A stretch of DNA of 64,000 nucleotides from Alphaproteobacteria bacterium UBA3768. Lineage in GTDB: Bacteria > Pseudomonadota > Alphaproteobacteria > CAAHEQ01 > UBA3637. The position numbers were made by a program, and so were the translations under genes. Shown piece by piece: positions 50,703 through 60,410 of the stretch (position 1 is its first letter; each line of letters begins with the position of its first letter). The stretch is from contig DFFU01000004.1 of assembly GCA_002372315.1 (NCBI GenBank), positions 29,785 to 93,784 on the forward strand. The letters run 5' to 3'. The notes beneath the pieces are model-generated. The model was given only the letters and a program-made list of their open reading frames with translations. It was not told where the DNA came from and ran no database searches.

Positions 50703-51164
50703 TTAATTTTTCCCTGTTGAGCCTAAACCACCAACACCTCGCGTTGTATCGTTGGTATCAATTTTATCGACTTCAACTATTTGAGGACGGATAATAGGAC
50801 AAACAATTGCCTGACAAATTCTATCGCCAGGATTGACCACAAAATCAGTGGGCCCCCAATTACTTAAAATTGTGATAAATTCACCCCTGAAACCATAATC
50901 ATAAGTGCCAATGGAATTGACCAAGCCAATACCATTTCTGGCGGCCAATCCTGAACGGGGTCTGGTTTGAATTTCATAAGCATTATCTTCTGATTCTAAT
51001 TTTAATTTAACACCGTTGGGAATCAGGGCATGAGTGCCAGCTTTCACAACCATTGGTTCTTTAATGGCAGCGCGCAAGTCAAAACCTGAATCATCTGCAT
51101 GTTTATAGGCTAAAGGCCCCCAATTTTTATCGTAATTTTCCAAATATTCAACGATTAATCGCAT
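50703..51164 (-). CDS. dut: dUTP diphosphatase
   Basis: all five dUTPase motifs (SGFDLRA, RSGLA, GTYDYGFRGE, RICQ, RGVGGLGSTG). Confidence 0.85.
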   Translation of the reverse strand: MRLIVEYLENYDKNWGPLAYKHADDSGFDLRAAIKEPMVVKAGTHALIPNGVKLKLESEDNAYEIQTRPRSGLAARNGIGLVNSIGTYDYGFRGEFITILSNWGPTDFVVNPGDRICQAIVCPIIRPQIVEVDKIDTNDTTRGVGGLGSTGKN

Positions 51165-51292
51165 AGTGTTTTCCTTCCTGTTAATGACACATGGAATGTA
51201 GCATAAAACACCTTCTTTTGCAAATAAAATTTTTCCTTGACAAATTTGCCTAAAAAGAGTATCAAAATAACGTTTTTAAAAAAGGAGAAAAA

Positions 51293-52477
51293 ATGTTTAA
51301 AACACTTGATAATTTTGATTTTTCTGGAAAGACTGTTTTTATTCGTGCGGATTTGAATGTGCCCACCAAAGATGGTCAAATTTCTGATACAACACGTATT
51401 GATCGTTTTGTGCCGACTTTAAAGTATGTGATTGAACACGGTGGTAAGGCTGTGGTGGCCAGCCACTTTGGTCGTCCCAAAGGACAAAAAAATTCTGAAT
51501 TTTCAATGGCCTTCTTGGCTCCTGCTTTGGAAAAAGCCAGTGGCTTGAAAGTTAAATTTATTGACGATTGTGTGGGGGAAGTGCGCGATACAGCCGTTCG
51601 CTCTATGCAAAATGGGGATGTGATTTTACTGGAAAACTTACGCTTTTATGTGGGGGAAGAAGCCAATGACCGTGAATTTGCCGAACAATTGGCTCATGGT
51701 ATGGATATTTACATTAATGATGCCTTTTCAACAGCGCATCGCGCACATGCTTCGACCGAAGGAATGGCCCACTTGTTGCCACATGGGGCAGGGCGTTTGA
51801 TGCAAGAAGAATTGGAAGCTTTAGATAAAGCTTTGGGTAATCCTGTCCATCCGGCTGTTGCTTTAGTGGGGGGCAGTAAAGTTTCCACGAAACTAGATTT
51901 ACTGGGTAACTTGGTCAAAAAAGTGGATTATTTATTGATTGGTGGCGGTATGGCGCATACTTTCTTAGCTGCTCAAGGAATTCCAATGGGCGAAGGTTCA
52001 TTGGTTGAACCAGACATGATTGATACAGCTAAAAATATCTTGGCCAATGCCGGCAATTGCAAAATCGTTTTGCCAACAGATTTAGTGTGGGCGGATGCCT
52101 TTGGTGAAGGTCAAGAAGCACACACATCTGATGCCGATAAAGTCCCAGCTGGTAAAGTGTTGATGGATATTGGTGAAAAATCTGTTCAGGCTTTTTGTGA
52201 TGTGATCAAAAATGCCAAGACTTTGATTTGGAATGGTCCAGTGGGTTGTTTTGAAATCAAACCTTTTGACAAAGGAACAAATGAAATTGCCAAAGTGGTG
52301 GCTGAGCAGACAAAAGCTGGATTGTTGACCTCTGTCGCTGGTGGTGGAGACACTGTTTCTGCCCTTAAAAAGGCTGGTGTTAAGTCCGATATGACCTATG
52401 TATCAGCGGCGGGTGGTGCTTTTTTGGAATGGATGGAAGGAAAAACACTTCCTGGTGTTGCCATCTTGGAAAAATAA
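51293..52477 (+). CDS. pgk: phosphoglycerate kinase
   Basis: PGK N- and C-domain signatures (RADLNVP; GGGD..S). Confidence 0.9.
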   Translation: MFKTLDNFDFSGKTVFIRADLNVPTKDGQISDTTRIDRFVPTLKYVIEHGGKAVVASHFGRPKGQKNSEFSMAFLAPALEKASGLKVKFIDDCVGEVRDTAVRSMQNGDVILLENLRFYVGEEANDREFAEQLAHGMDIYINDAFSTAHRAHASTEGMAHLLPHGAGRLMQEELEALDKALGNPVHPAVALVGGSKVSTKLDLLGNLVKKVDYLLIGGGMAHTFLAAQGIPMGEGSLVEPDMIDTAKNILANAGNCKIVLPTDLVWADAFGEGQEAHTSDADKVPAGKVLMDIGEKSVQAFCDVIKNAKTLIWNGPVGCFEIKPFDKGTNEIAKVVAEQTKAGLLTSVAGGGDTVSALKKAGVKSDMTYVSAAGGAFLEWMEGKTLPGVAILEK

Positions 52478-52493
52478 GTTAAACTGATTTAAA

Positions 52494-52522
52494 GCACCGT
52501 CATTTTTAGGCGGTGTTTTTTT
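52494..52522 (+). terminator. rho-independent terminator after pgk
   Basis: CACCG...CGGTG hairpin followed by T7. Confidence 0.5.
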
Positions 52523-52589
52523 ATAAAAAATATCTTGACAGTTTTAAACATATTATTGTACAGTGTTTATGTAAAACAAAGGAGAAAAA

Positions 52590-53009
52590 ATGAAAAAAAT
52601 ATTTTATACTCTAGCTTTATGCTTGCTTTTAACTGGTTGTTATACTCAGCGTTTTCCTATTTCAGCAAGAAATGTTTCATATGAACCTACACATTCGGAA
52701 ATGAAAATTTTCTTATTATGGGGATTAGCATTGCAACCGCAATATACTGACCCTGCACAAATTTGTGGTGGTTTAAATAATGTTGCAGCCGTAGAAAGCA
52801 AGATGTCATTTTTAGATGGTGTTGTTAGTTTCTTTACATTTGGTATTATTTCACCTCAAACATCCAATGTGTATTGTTTGAATAATGGAGGTTATCAAAC
52901 AAGATATCAACAAATGCCGACCAGTTTTGTATATCCAAATGGGCAAAATCAAAACTATCAGCCACAGTATAATGGCCAGTATCAAGGTGGATATACTCAA
53001 CAAAGGTAA
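52590..53009 (+). CDS. Bor/Iss family lipoprotein with a Gln/Tyr-rich C-terminal extension
   Basis: lipobox LLLTGC; central ICGG.NNV...FGIISP..VYC region aligns with the Bor signature (ICGG.NVV...LGIYTP..VYC). Confidence 0.6.
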   Translation: MKKIFYTLALCLLLTGCYTQRFPISARNVSYEPTHSEMKIFLLWGLALQPQYTDPAQICGGLNNVAAVESKMSFLDGVVSFFTFGIISPQTSNVYCLNNGGYQTRYQQMPTSFVYPNGQNQNYQPQYNGQYQGGYTQQR

Positions 53010-53012
53010 AAA

Positions 53013-53050
53013 TAAAAAAACTCCTTATTACCTGATAAGGAGTTTTTTTT
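53013..53050. terminator. bidirectional hairpin terminator (CTCCTTAT-loop-ATAAGGAG, flanked by A- and T-runs) between convergent genes
   Basis: read directly in the sequence. Confidence 0.5.
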
Positions 53051-53058
53051 ATGCCTCT

Positions 53059-53508
53059 TTATTGAATATTATCTTTACCAATATTTCGTCTTAAAAGTTT
53101 CAAGCCTATTTGATGGAAAGTTTTATTGCTACTAAAACAAAAATCTTTTAATACAACAGGGTGAATCCCGTGTTCAATTAAATCTAATGCCGTTTTATAA
53201 ACACAAGCATCTGTATCAAATCCGCACAGATGAATTTCAGAAAAATTTTTCATTTCAGGTAAATATGAAGAATACCCGTTTTTATTAAAAATAATGGCTT
53301 TTTTTGCGGGGTTAAACGCTAAAGATTCATCAGCATAACCATTCCAATTTATTAGTTTTAGTAATGGACTGTTGCGATTTTTAAACTGGGAAATAAAAAC
53401 ATATTTATATTCAGCTTGAAGTTTTTCAATTTTTTGTGGAAGTTTGCTTTTTCCAACAGCTGATTTTTGAACATCAATAATTAGTAAGGCTGTTTTTTTT
53501 GTTGTCAT
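53059..53508 (-). CDS. isochorismatase-family cysteine hydrolase
   Basis: LLIIDVQ Asp motif and the catalytic Cys in GFDTDACV. Confidence 0.7.
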   Translation of the reverse strand: MTTKKTALLIIDVQKSAVGKSKLPQKIEKLQAEYKYVFISQFKNRNSPLLKLINWNGYADESLAFNPAKKAIIFNKNGYSSYLPEMKNFSEIHLCGFDTDACVYKTALDLIEHGIHPVVLKDFCFSSNKTFHQIGLKLLRRNIGKDNIQ

Positions 53509-53509
53509 A

Positions 53510-54595
53510 TTATTTCTCTGGATAAACAATTGTTCCACAAGGGGCTGCTGTATCCGATCCAGTGCATGAGGGCAGGGAAACAGGTAATCCCATCGCACAT
53601 CTTGCGCCCAAAAATCCATAACCAATTGCATTTAAATGTTCTGAAAAATGCAGTACATCATCAGCAACATAAATATTTTGTAATCGTTGTTGCAATGCAA
53701 GCATCAATGTTGAATTTTTACGTCCTGTTCCAATAAACATCCAATGTTCAATTGGAAATTCAAAAAATTTTGTACAAGCAATTATTTGTTCTACCATGAA
53801 TTGAGTTAAGGTAGCGCAGCCATCTTCCAATGAAAGACCTTCCACTTGTTCCAAAAGAGTATCAAAATCATTTCTATGGATGGCCTTGGGTGGTTTTTTT
53901 GATAAGAAAGGATTTTCCATTAATACTTTTAAAACTTTTTTATCTACCTGACCTCGGGCAGCCAATAAACCTTCTTCATCTTGCGATTGTTGGCTGTGTC
54001 GTGTCATCCATTTTTCAAGTAGTGCAAAACCAACGCCAATATCGCAAGCTCCTAATTCACCATCTGGACCGATGTAGGTGAGTTTCAAAACGCCCCCCAA
54101 TCCAACAATGCCCAGAGGTTTATTTAAATTTTTTGTCACCGCTTGCCAAAAAACAGATAAAAGAGGTGAGCCTGTTCCACCAAGATTTAAATCCGATTGG
54201 ACGTAATGGCCAATGACCGGAAGATTAAAATGATGAGCAATTTTTTGTAAATTACCTAGCTCAATAGCATTTTTATCCTCCGTAGAAAGACGCGCAAAAA
54301 TTCCAGATATGCTAATATAGTCAATCTTTTCATCATGCCATTTTTCTAAAGCCTCATTTAAAAGAGAAATAAAAAAATTACTCACATCTTCATCCATTTG
54401 AATAATCGCATCGGCATTAGAAAGTGTTTGATTATTAATATTCCAAAGTCGTTCCTTCAGTGCTTCATCAAAGGGGCGACTGAATGTTTGTGGAATTTCA
54501 AAAATATCCAAACCATCTGTTTTAACTAGTGCAAAGGTCACGTTTTGAACGGTACTTTCTGAATATAACGATAGGATTGTATTTTGTTTTAACAT
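53510..54595 (-). CDS. anmK: anhydro-N-acetylmuramic acid kinase
   Basis: AnmK/ASKHA fold motifs; ~360 aa. Confidence 0.8.
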   Translation of the reverse strand: MLKQNTILSLYSESTVQNVTFALVKTDGLDIFEIPQTFSRPFDEALKERLWNINNQTLSNADAIIQMDEDVSNFFISLLNEALEKWHDEKIDYISISGIFARLSTEDKNAIELGNLQKIAHHFNLPVIGHYVQSDLNLGGTGSPLLSVFWQAVTKNLNKPLGIVGLGGVLKLTYIGPDGELGACDIGVGFALLEKWMTRHSQQSQDEEGLLAARGQVDKKVLKVLMENPFLSKKPPKAIHRNDFDTLLEQVEGLSLEDGCATLTQFMVEQIIACTKFFEFPIEHWMFIGTGRKNSTLMLALQQRLQNIYVADDVLHFSEHLNAIGYGFLGARCAMGLPVSLPSCTGSDTAAPCGTIVYPEK

Positions 54596-55317
54596 TCTTT
54601 TGAATTCCATTTTGTGGGAAGTTTTTCTTGTTCAGATTCAATTGTATCTTTCAGTTTTTTTAAAAAGGCACGTTTTTCCATTCCCGGTTGAATAGGGGGC
54701 AAAAAATGAACTTGTACAGTACCTGGATACTTCATGATCTTATTTTTGGGCCAAAAAACACCTGTGTTTAATGCTACAGGGACAACAGGGACTTTACAAT
54801 GATCGTACAAAAAGGCAACACCTGGATGATATTCAGGTGATATTTCCTCTGGTTTCGTACGTGTTCCTTCAGGAAAAATAACTAAATTTAACCCTTTATT
54901 CAAATTTTTTTGTGCTTTTGATAGCATGATGCGCATTGTTTTGGCACCACCTGCGCGATCAATAGGAACACATCCCGTTTTAAGGGCATATAAACCAGCC
55001 AAAGGGATACACATCAGGGACCTTTTAAAAATATAAAAAACATTGGGAACCATTGTATGAAATAGTAAAGTTTCCATAGCAGATTGGTGCTTTGAAGCAA
55101 CAATATATCCTTGTTTTTTGGGCAAATTTTCTAAGCCAGTAACTACAATTTTAATGCCAACAAACTTCAAAGACCAACGGACGCTTTTTGTCCAAAGAAT
55201 GGGCACTATATACGCTTGTTTGTAATTCATTAACAAAACTGGAAGCATTATCACAAAATAAAATAAACTGATTCCCCATAATATTGGTAAAAATAGTATA
55301 GATTTAATTTTCTGCAT
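54589..55317 (-). CDS. plsC: 1-acyl-sn-glycerol-3-phosphate acyltransferase
   Basis: HxxxxD-type motif (HQSAME) and FPEGTRT motif. Confidence 0.8.
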   Translation of the reverse strand: MQKIKSILFLPILWGISLFYFVIMLPVLLMNYKQAYIVPILWTKSVRWSLKFVGIKIVVTGLENLPKKQGYIVASKHQSAMETLLFHTMVPNVFYIFKRSLMCIPLAGLYALKTGCVPIDRAGGAKTMRIMLSKAQKNLNKGLNLVIFPEGTRTKPEEISPEYHPGVAFLYDHCKVPVVPVALNTGVFWPKNKIMKYPGTVQVHFLPPIQPGMEKRAFLKKLKDTIESEQEKLPTKWNSKEC

Positions 55318-55320
55318 CTT

Positions 55321-55902
55321 TTATCCTTTGATTAAATTTTTAACAAATGTAGCAATAAATTTATGATATTCTATAAACAGGTGCCAAGCATATTTTGTAT
55401 GAAGCCACTCAGTTGATTCATTGAAATCTTTTGGAAAAATAGAGTGTGGAATTATTTTAATATTGGACTTAATCCCTTTCATCTCCAATAAACTGCGAGG
55501 CATATGATAAAAGCTAGTGACTAAAATGATGGATTTTACATTATGGTCCTGAGTCCATTGATTAATCTCCAGCGCATTTGTATGAGTATTTTGAGCCATG
55601 TATCCTAAATGAATTAGATTATATAAATCTTGCTCTTTAGAACCGAGTATATCCTGTACTTTTACGTCTTGATTTACTCCAGAAATAAAAAGTCTGTCTG
55701 CCCATTTTAATTCTAGTAATTTAACACCAGCCTGTATTCGATGGTCTTTTCCTCCTGTTAAAACAATGACAGCGTCTGTCTTTTGTAAAGGTATATATTT
55801 TAATGAAATAGTTACTAAGCAAAATAATAAAAACATTATAAGCCACACAGAAACTGAAATGGTAAATGTATATGAAATAAAAATGCGTTTAAAAAAATTC
55901 AT
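55321..55902 (-). CDS. DUF218 (YdcF/SanA/ElyC family) membrane-anchored protein
   Basis: N-terminal TM then a DUF218-like region (VIVLTGG...). Confidence 0.55.
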   Translation of the reverse strand: MNFFKRIFISYTFTISVSVWLIMFLLFCLVTISLKYIPLQKTDAVIVLTGGKDHRIQAGVKLLELKWADRLFISGVNQDVKVQDILGSKEQDLYNLIHLGYMAQNTHTNALEINQWTQDHNVKSIILVTSFYHMPRSLLEMKGIKSNIKIIPHSIFPKDFNESTEWLHTKYAWHLFIEYHKFIATFVKNLIKG

Positions 55903-56792
55903 TAGATAAATCTTTTCAAATATCCTAAAACAGATTTAAAAGTTGTTATAAAAGCAATAAAACTCATCAATAGTGGGTATCCTGCCAAAAAGAGCCATTG
56001 TTCCATATAAATACCTGTTGTAAAAATGCTATCTGACATACCTTCAAAACAATAAATTAACGCCACTAAAATTGGTGCAGCACAACAAAATCCTAAAAAA
56101 CCACCAATGAGAGAACGCTTCAGGCTACGCCAAGCATATTTTGTCGTGATATAAAAGTCCTTTGCGCCCATCATATGGACCAATCGAATAATTGGTTCTT
56201 GAATTTTTAAACTTGCTCGGGTAGTATAACTAACGGTAAAAACAACAGTAAAAATAATTAAAATCAAAATAATTCCAATCAATTGTAAAATACGATGAGA
56301 TAATTTTACCAATTGCGTCAACCAAATTCTATGACTGTCCAAGGATGCATTAGGTACCTGAATACTCAGATCCATCTTAAGTTGTTCTAAAAAAGGAGGA
56401 TTTTTAGGATCAATAGCAACATCAATTAACTTTGGTAAGGGTAAGTCCATCAAATTGACATCAGCTCCTATCCATGGTGCCATCAGTTCACCCATTTGAT
56501 TTTCATCCAAAACATTTGCTTCGCGTACACCGGGGGTTGTGCGAATGATAGAGAGGGCTTTTTCTATGTCTTCATTAACAGCTTCTGCACGAAAAACGCC
56601 ATTATCGTCATAGGTATTTATTTGAATTGTTAAAGATTCAGATACACCCTGTTGCCAGCGATTAAGACAATTATATACGAATAATCCGCTACCACACAAT
56701 AATGTCCCAATAAATACCATCAATAGGAAAATCCATGGGAAATAGAAACGCGTTGTTTCATCAGCAAACAAGAAAGCATTTTTATTGGCCAT
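55902..56792 (-). CDS. ftsX: cell division ABC transporter permease FtsX
   Basis: four-TM FtsX-like topology with a large periplasmic loop; adjacent to ftsE. Confidence 0.75.
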   Translation of the reverse strand: MANKNAFLFADETTRFYFPWIFLLMVFIGTLLCGSGLFVYNCLNRWQQGVSESLTIQINTYDDNGVFRAEAVNEDIEKALSIIRTTPGVREANVLDENQMGELMAPWIGADVNLMDLPLPKLIDVAIDPKNPPFLEQLKMDLSIQVPNASLDSHRIWLTQLVKLSHRILQLIGIILILIIFTVVFTVSYTTRASLKIQEPIIRLVHMMGAKDFYITTKYAWRSLKRSLIGGFLGFCCAAPILVALIYCFEGMSDSIFTTGIYMEQWLFLAGYPLLMSFIAFITTFKSVLGYLKRFI

Positions 56793-57522
56793 TTTTTTCT
56801 CCTTTTGTTAGTTTTGAAATATCAGAATTTCTTGGAATTGTCAAATGTACTTGTCCACCATGTAAATGGAGTCTTGGAAATCCAAATTTTTGGATAAGTC
56901 CTTCGTTGTGTGTTGCAACAACAATCGTAGTCCCCAACTTATTGAGTTCCAAAAATAAATAAAGTAATCGCTGAGCCATAGCATCATCCACATTTCCGGT
57001 CGGTTCGTCAGCTAAAAGTAAAGAAGGTTTATGAATGACAGCACGAGCAATTGCAACGCGTTGCTGTTCACCACCTGATAATTCTTCTGGATAGGCACGC
57101 ATTTGTTTTTCCAAGCCAACCCAAGCCAAAAGTTCCGTAACGTGTTTGCGGATATCGCTTTCTTTTTCCCCAATAATGCGTAAGGGAAGAGCAACATTAT
57201 CAAACGCATTTAAATGATTAAGCAAGCGATAATCTTGAAAAACAACCCCGATTTGACGACGAATTTGAGCTTTTTCTGAACGTTTTAAAGAGTCAACAGT
57301 TTGACCAAACAAGCGTACGCGCCCTTTTGTTGGCAGATGATCCATATACAAAAGACTAAGTAAAGAAGTTTTGCCTGCGCCACTTTCACCCGTGAGAAAA
57401 TGAAAAGAACCAGGTGCCAATGAAAAATGTAAATCCTTTAAAACATCCGTTCCAATTTTATAACGAAAAGAAACACCGTTAAATTCAGCAATAACGGGTG
57501 AAATACTTTCATTTGGTGTCAT
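56782..57522 (-). CDS. ftsE: cell division ATP-binding protein FtsE
   Basis: Walker A/B, LSGGEQQR signature; start at ATG 57522 with AAGGGAG RBS. Confidence 0.85.
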   Translation of the reverse strand: MTPNESISPVIAEFNGVSFRYKIGTDVLKDLHFSLAPGSFHFLTGESGAGKTSLLSLLYMDHLPTKGRVRLFGQTVDSLKRSEKAQIRRQIGVVFQDYRLLNHLNAFDNVALPLRIIGEKESDIRKHVTELLAWVGLEKQMRAYPEELSGGEQQRVAIARAVIHKPSLLLADEPTGNVDDAMAQRLLYLFLELNKLGTTIVVATHNEGLIQKFGFPRLHLHGGQVHLTIPRNSDISKLTKGEKNGQ

Positions 57523-57611
57523 TTTTTTGCTCCCTTTTTTAAAAATTGTTGCAACTTTTTTCAAAAAATGTATATACTATGTACACTATTTTTGAGAAAA
57601 GGGAAAGAAAA

Positions 57612-58379
57612 ATGTTTGTTATTTGTCCAAAATGTTCTGCTAAATACCGGATTCCGAGTGAAATTACGCTGCAAGAAGGGCAAAAAATGCAATGTTCAGC
57701 TTGTAAGCATATTTTTGTTTATGAACAAATAAAAAACGAATCGTTTGAAACGGAAGTTGAAATTCCTAAAGATCCCGTGTTGCCTTCAGGAAATGTAGTA
57801 ATTAAAGAGGAAAATATTCTTATCAAAAAATCTTTACCAGAAGTATTTAAACCAGTACAACCAATGTCGGTATCACAAGGTTCAAAAGTTTTTGTATGCG
57901 TATTTATTTTTATCCTTGTGTTATTTTTGTGTATGGCAATGTGGTTTGTTCGTGATATACTTAAGACAGATTACACGTCATTTAATTCAGATAACCACAT
58001 ACCAAGAGTTGGAACCGTTCCTAATTTGCCAGATTCAAAAGAAATTGAAATTCCTTTGTTTGAAAATGGAATTTCCGAAAGTAAAACCTCTAGCATAGAA
58101 GGTCTTGATAATTTTTTACACTTTCATTCAGTGCGTTTTCACAAGCAGGCAGAATCATTGTTGATTGAAGGTATTATACAAAATGATGCTAATTTTTCAC
58201 AAAAATTACCTGAACGCATATATGCGACAGGTTACAATCAGCACGGCAAAGAGTTATTTCAAAAAGAGATTTTCTTATCCAATGATATTATTGAGCCTTA
58301 TGGGCAAAAGGCATTTTTTGGAACATATTCACCGGCGCCCAACGGTGTACAATGGATAGAGGTTTCATGCAAAAAGTAA
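57612..58379 (+). CDS. zinc-ribbon (MJ0042-type) N-terminal domain membrane protein
   Basis: MFVICPKCSAKY...CSACKH ribbon, then a TM helix and C-terminal domain. Confidence 0.5.
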   Translation: MFVICPKCSAKYRIPSEITLQEGQKMQCSACKHIFVYEQIKNESFETEVEIPKDPVLPSGNVVIKEENILIKKSLPEVFKPVQPMSVSQGSKVFVCVFIFILVLFLCMAMWFVRDILKTDYTSFNSDNHIPRVGTVPNLPDSKEIEIPLFENGISESKTSSIEGLDNFLHFHSVRFHKQAESLLIEGIIQNDANFSQKLPERIYATGYNQHGKELFQKEIFLSNDIIEPYGQKAFFGTYSPAPNGVQWIEVSCKK

Positions 58380-59098
58380 TTTTTCTTTTGATTCTAGGAA
58401 TGTCTTTTACTTGTAAGGCTGCTTGTCCCTTAGCAGATTCCTTTTTTGAAAAAGGTAGAACAGATATTGCGGTAGGTTTTTTAAATAGTTGTGCGCTGAA
58501 TTATAATGATGATGAATCGCAAATGAAATTAGCCAAAGCATATGCAGATGGCGATTATAATTTGACTGTAAATCCCAGATATTCTCTTTATTATTATCAA
58601 TTGGCAGCAGAAACAGGTAATGCAGAAGCACAACTGGCTTTGGCGCAAGCTCTCATCAAAGCAGATAAAACGTCCGAAAGTCGTAAAGATTTGCTTGATT
58701 ATCGTTCTAAATTAAAAGTAACCTCTGATGAGACTGATAAAAATACTTTTAATGGAGATTTTATTCATCCATATGCTCTTTTGATGTTAGCAAGTGAATC
58801 CCCCAGCAAAAAATGGTATTATCCAAGTTTAGTGCGTAATGCGCCACCAAAAGCAGTTTCTCTATTTAAAAGTTATAAGATAAGTGACGAAAAGAAAAAA
58901 ATAGCCTTGAGACAGGCATCTCAATTTAAAACACGAAAATTATTACAAACCGCGAAAGAGATTATGCCATCTGATGAGTATCAAACAATGGAAAAGAAGT
59001 TAAAAAATCCTCAAACACAAAATCAAGCACTGGATGAGCTGAAAATAAAAATGCAAGAATATATTGAACAAAAAAATAACATGCGGAAAACAAAATGA
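58367..59098 (+). CDS. Sel1/TPR-like repeat secreted protein
   Basis: signal peptide; Sel1-like AKAYADGDY...GNAEAQLALAQAL repeats. Confidence 0.5.
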   Translation: MQKVIFLLILGMSFTCKAACPLADSFFEKGRTDIAVGFLNSCALNYNDDESQMKLAKAYADGDYNLTVNPRYSLYYYQLAAETGNAEAQLALAQALIKADKTSESRKDLLDYRSKLKVTSDETDKNTFNGDFIHPYALLMLASESPSKKWYYPSLVRNAPPKAVSLFKSYKISDEKKKIALRQASQFKTRKLLQTAKEIMPSDEYQTMEKKLKNPQTQNQALDELKIKMQEYIEQKNNMRKTK

Positions 59099-60399
59099 AA
59101 AAAAAATTATATATAAAAACTTTTGGCTGTCAAATGAACGTGTACGATTCTGCACGGATGCGTGATGCATTGATGGTTTTAGGGTACGCTGAAACAGATA
59201 AACCAGAATTTGCAGACGTGATTTTAATAAACACTTGTCACATTCGTGAAAAAGCGAGCGAAAAGCTTTTTTCTGAACTGGGGCGTCTGGGGCAAATCAA
59301 AAAGAAAAACGCCCTGATTGTTGTCGCGGGATGCGTAGTTCAGGCAGACGGTGCTGAAATTTTACGTCGTAGTCCTTTAATTGATATTGCTTTGGGGCCA
59401 CAAAGCTATCACGAACTTCCCAAAATTTTAACCGAATATAATCGTCAAAAGGGACGTGCGATCAGGGCTGAATTTCCTGCTGAATCTAAATTTGATTTTT
59501 TACCCCGACCACAAAAAAGTTCAGCCAATGCGTTTTTGGCGATTCAAGAAGGATGTGATAATTTTTGTTCTTATTGTGTGGTACCTTATACACGTGGATG
59601 TGAATATTCTCGTCCATCAACTGAGATTTTAAAGGAAGCTAAAGAATTGGTTAAATTGGGTGCAAAAGAGATCATGCTATTGGGACAGAATGTGAATTCT
59701 TGGCATGGTGACCAGGGTAGGGACTTGGGGGATTTAATTCGTGATATGGCCAAAATTCGTGGGTTAAAGCGAATTCGTTATACAACATCCTATCCCAGTA
59801 AAATGACGCAAAATCTTATCAATACACATGCTGATACGAAAAAGTTGATGCCATATATTCATTTGCCAATTCAGTCAGGATCTGATAGAATTTTGAAAGC
59901 CATGAATCGACAATACACAGTGGCAGAATATGAAAAAATAATCGCGCAATTTCGTGCTGTACGCCCCGATATTGCCATTTCATCGGATTTTATTGTAGGC
60001 TTTCCAGGGGAAACAGAGGGAGATTTTGAACAAACCTTGGCATTAGTTGAACGCGTGAAATACGCTAGTTCTTTTTCTTTTAAATTTAGTGCGCGTCCTG
60101 GTACACCGGCTAGTTTGATGAAAAATCAAATTCCAGAGGATATAAAGACAAAACGTTTGATGAAACTTCAAAAACTGCTACAATCTCAGCAACGCGCCTT
60201 TAATGAAGCAACTGTTGATAAGGAATTGGATGTTTTGTTAATCGAACGTGGAAAAGAAAATGGACAGTTGTTGGGATATAGTCCCTATATGCAGGGAACG
60301 GTTGTAAAAGCGCCTCTGAATATGTTGGGTGAAATCGTCCGCGTTAAAATTATTGGTGCTTCTGCGACCGCTATCACAGGTAAGATTATTACTCAATAG
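59095..60399 (+). CDS. miaB: tRNA-i6A37 methylthiotransferase
   Basis: MTTase N-domain, radical SAM CxxxCxxC (CSYC), C-terminal TRAM domain. Confidence 0.9.
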   Translation: MKKKLYIKTFGCQMNVYDSARMRDALMVLGYAETDKPEFADVILINTCHIREKASEKLFSELGRLGQIKKKNALIVVAGCVVQADGAEILRRSPLIDIALGPQSYHELPKILTEYNRQKGRAIRAEFPAESKFDFLPRPQKSSANAFLAIQEGCDNFCSYCVVPYTRGCEYSRPSTEILKEAKELVKLGAKEIMLLGQNVNSWHGDQGRDLGDLIRDMAKIRGLKRIRYTTSYPSKMTQNLINTHADTKKLMPYIHLPIQSGSDRILKAMNRQYTVAEYEKIIAQFRAVRPDIAISSDFIVGFPGETEGDFEQTLALVERVKYASSFSFKFSARPGTPASLMKNQIPEDIKTKRLMKLQKLLQSQQRAFNEATVDKELDVLLIERGKENGQLLGYSPYMQGTVVKAPLNMLGEIVRVKIIGASATAITGKIITQ

Positions 60400-60410
60400 G
60401 GATAAATAAT

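Noticed and set aside
52590-53009. Prophage suggested by the Bor-like lipoprotein
   Set aside because: No other phage genes (integrase, terminase, capsid, lysis) in the flanks; an isolated Bor-family gene is insufficient.
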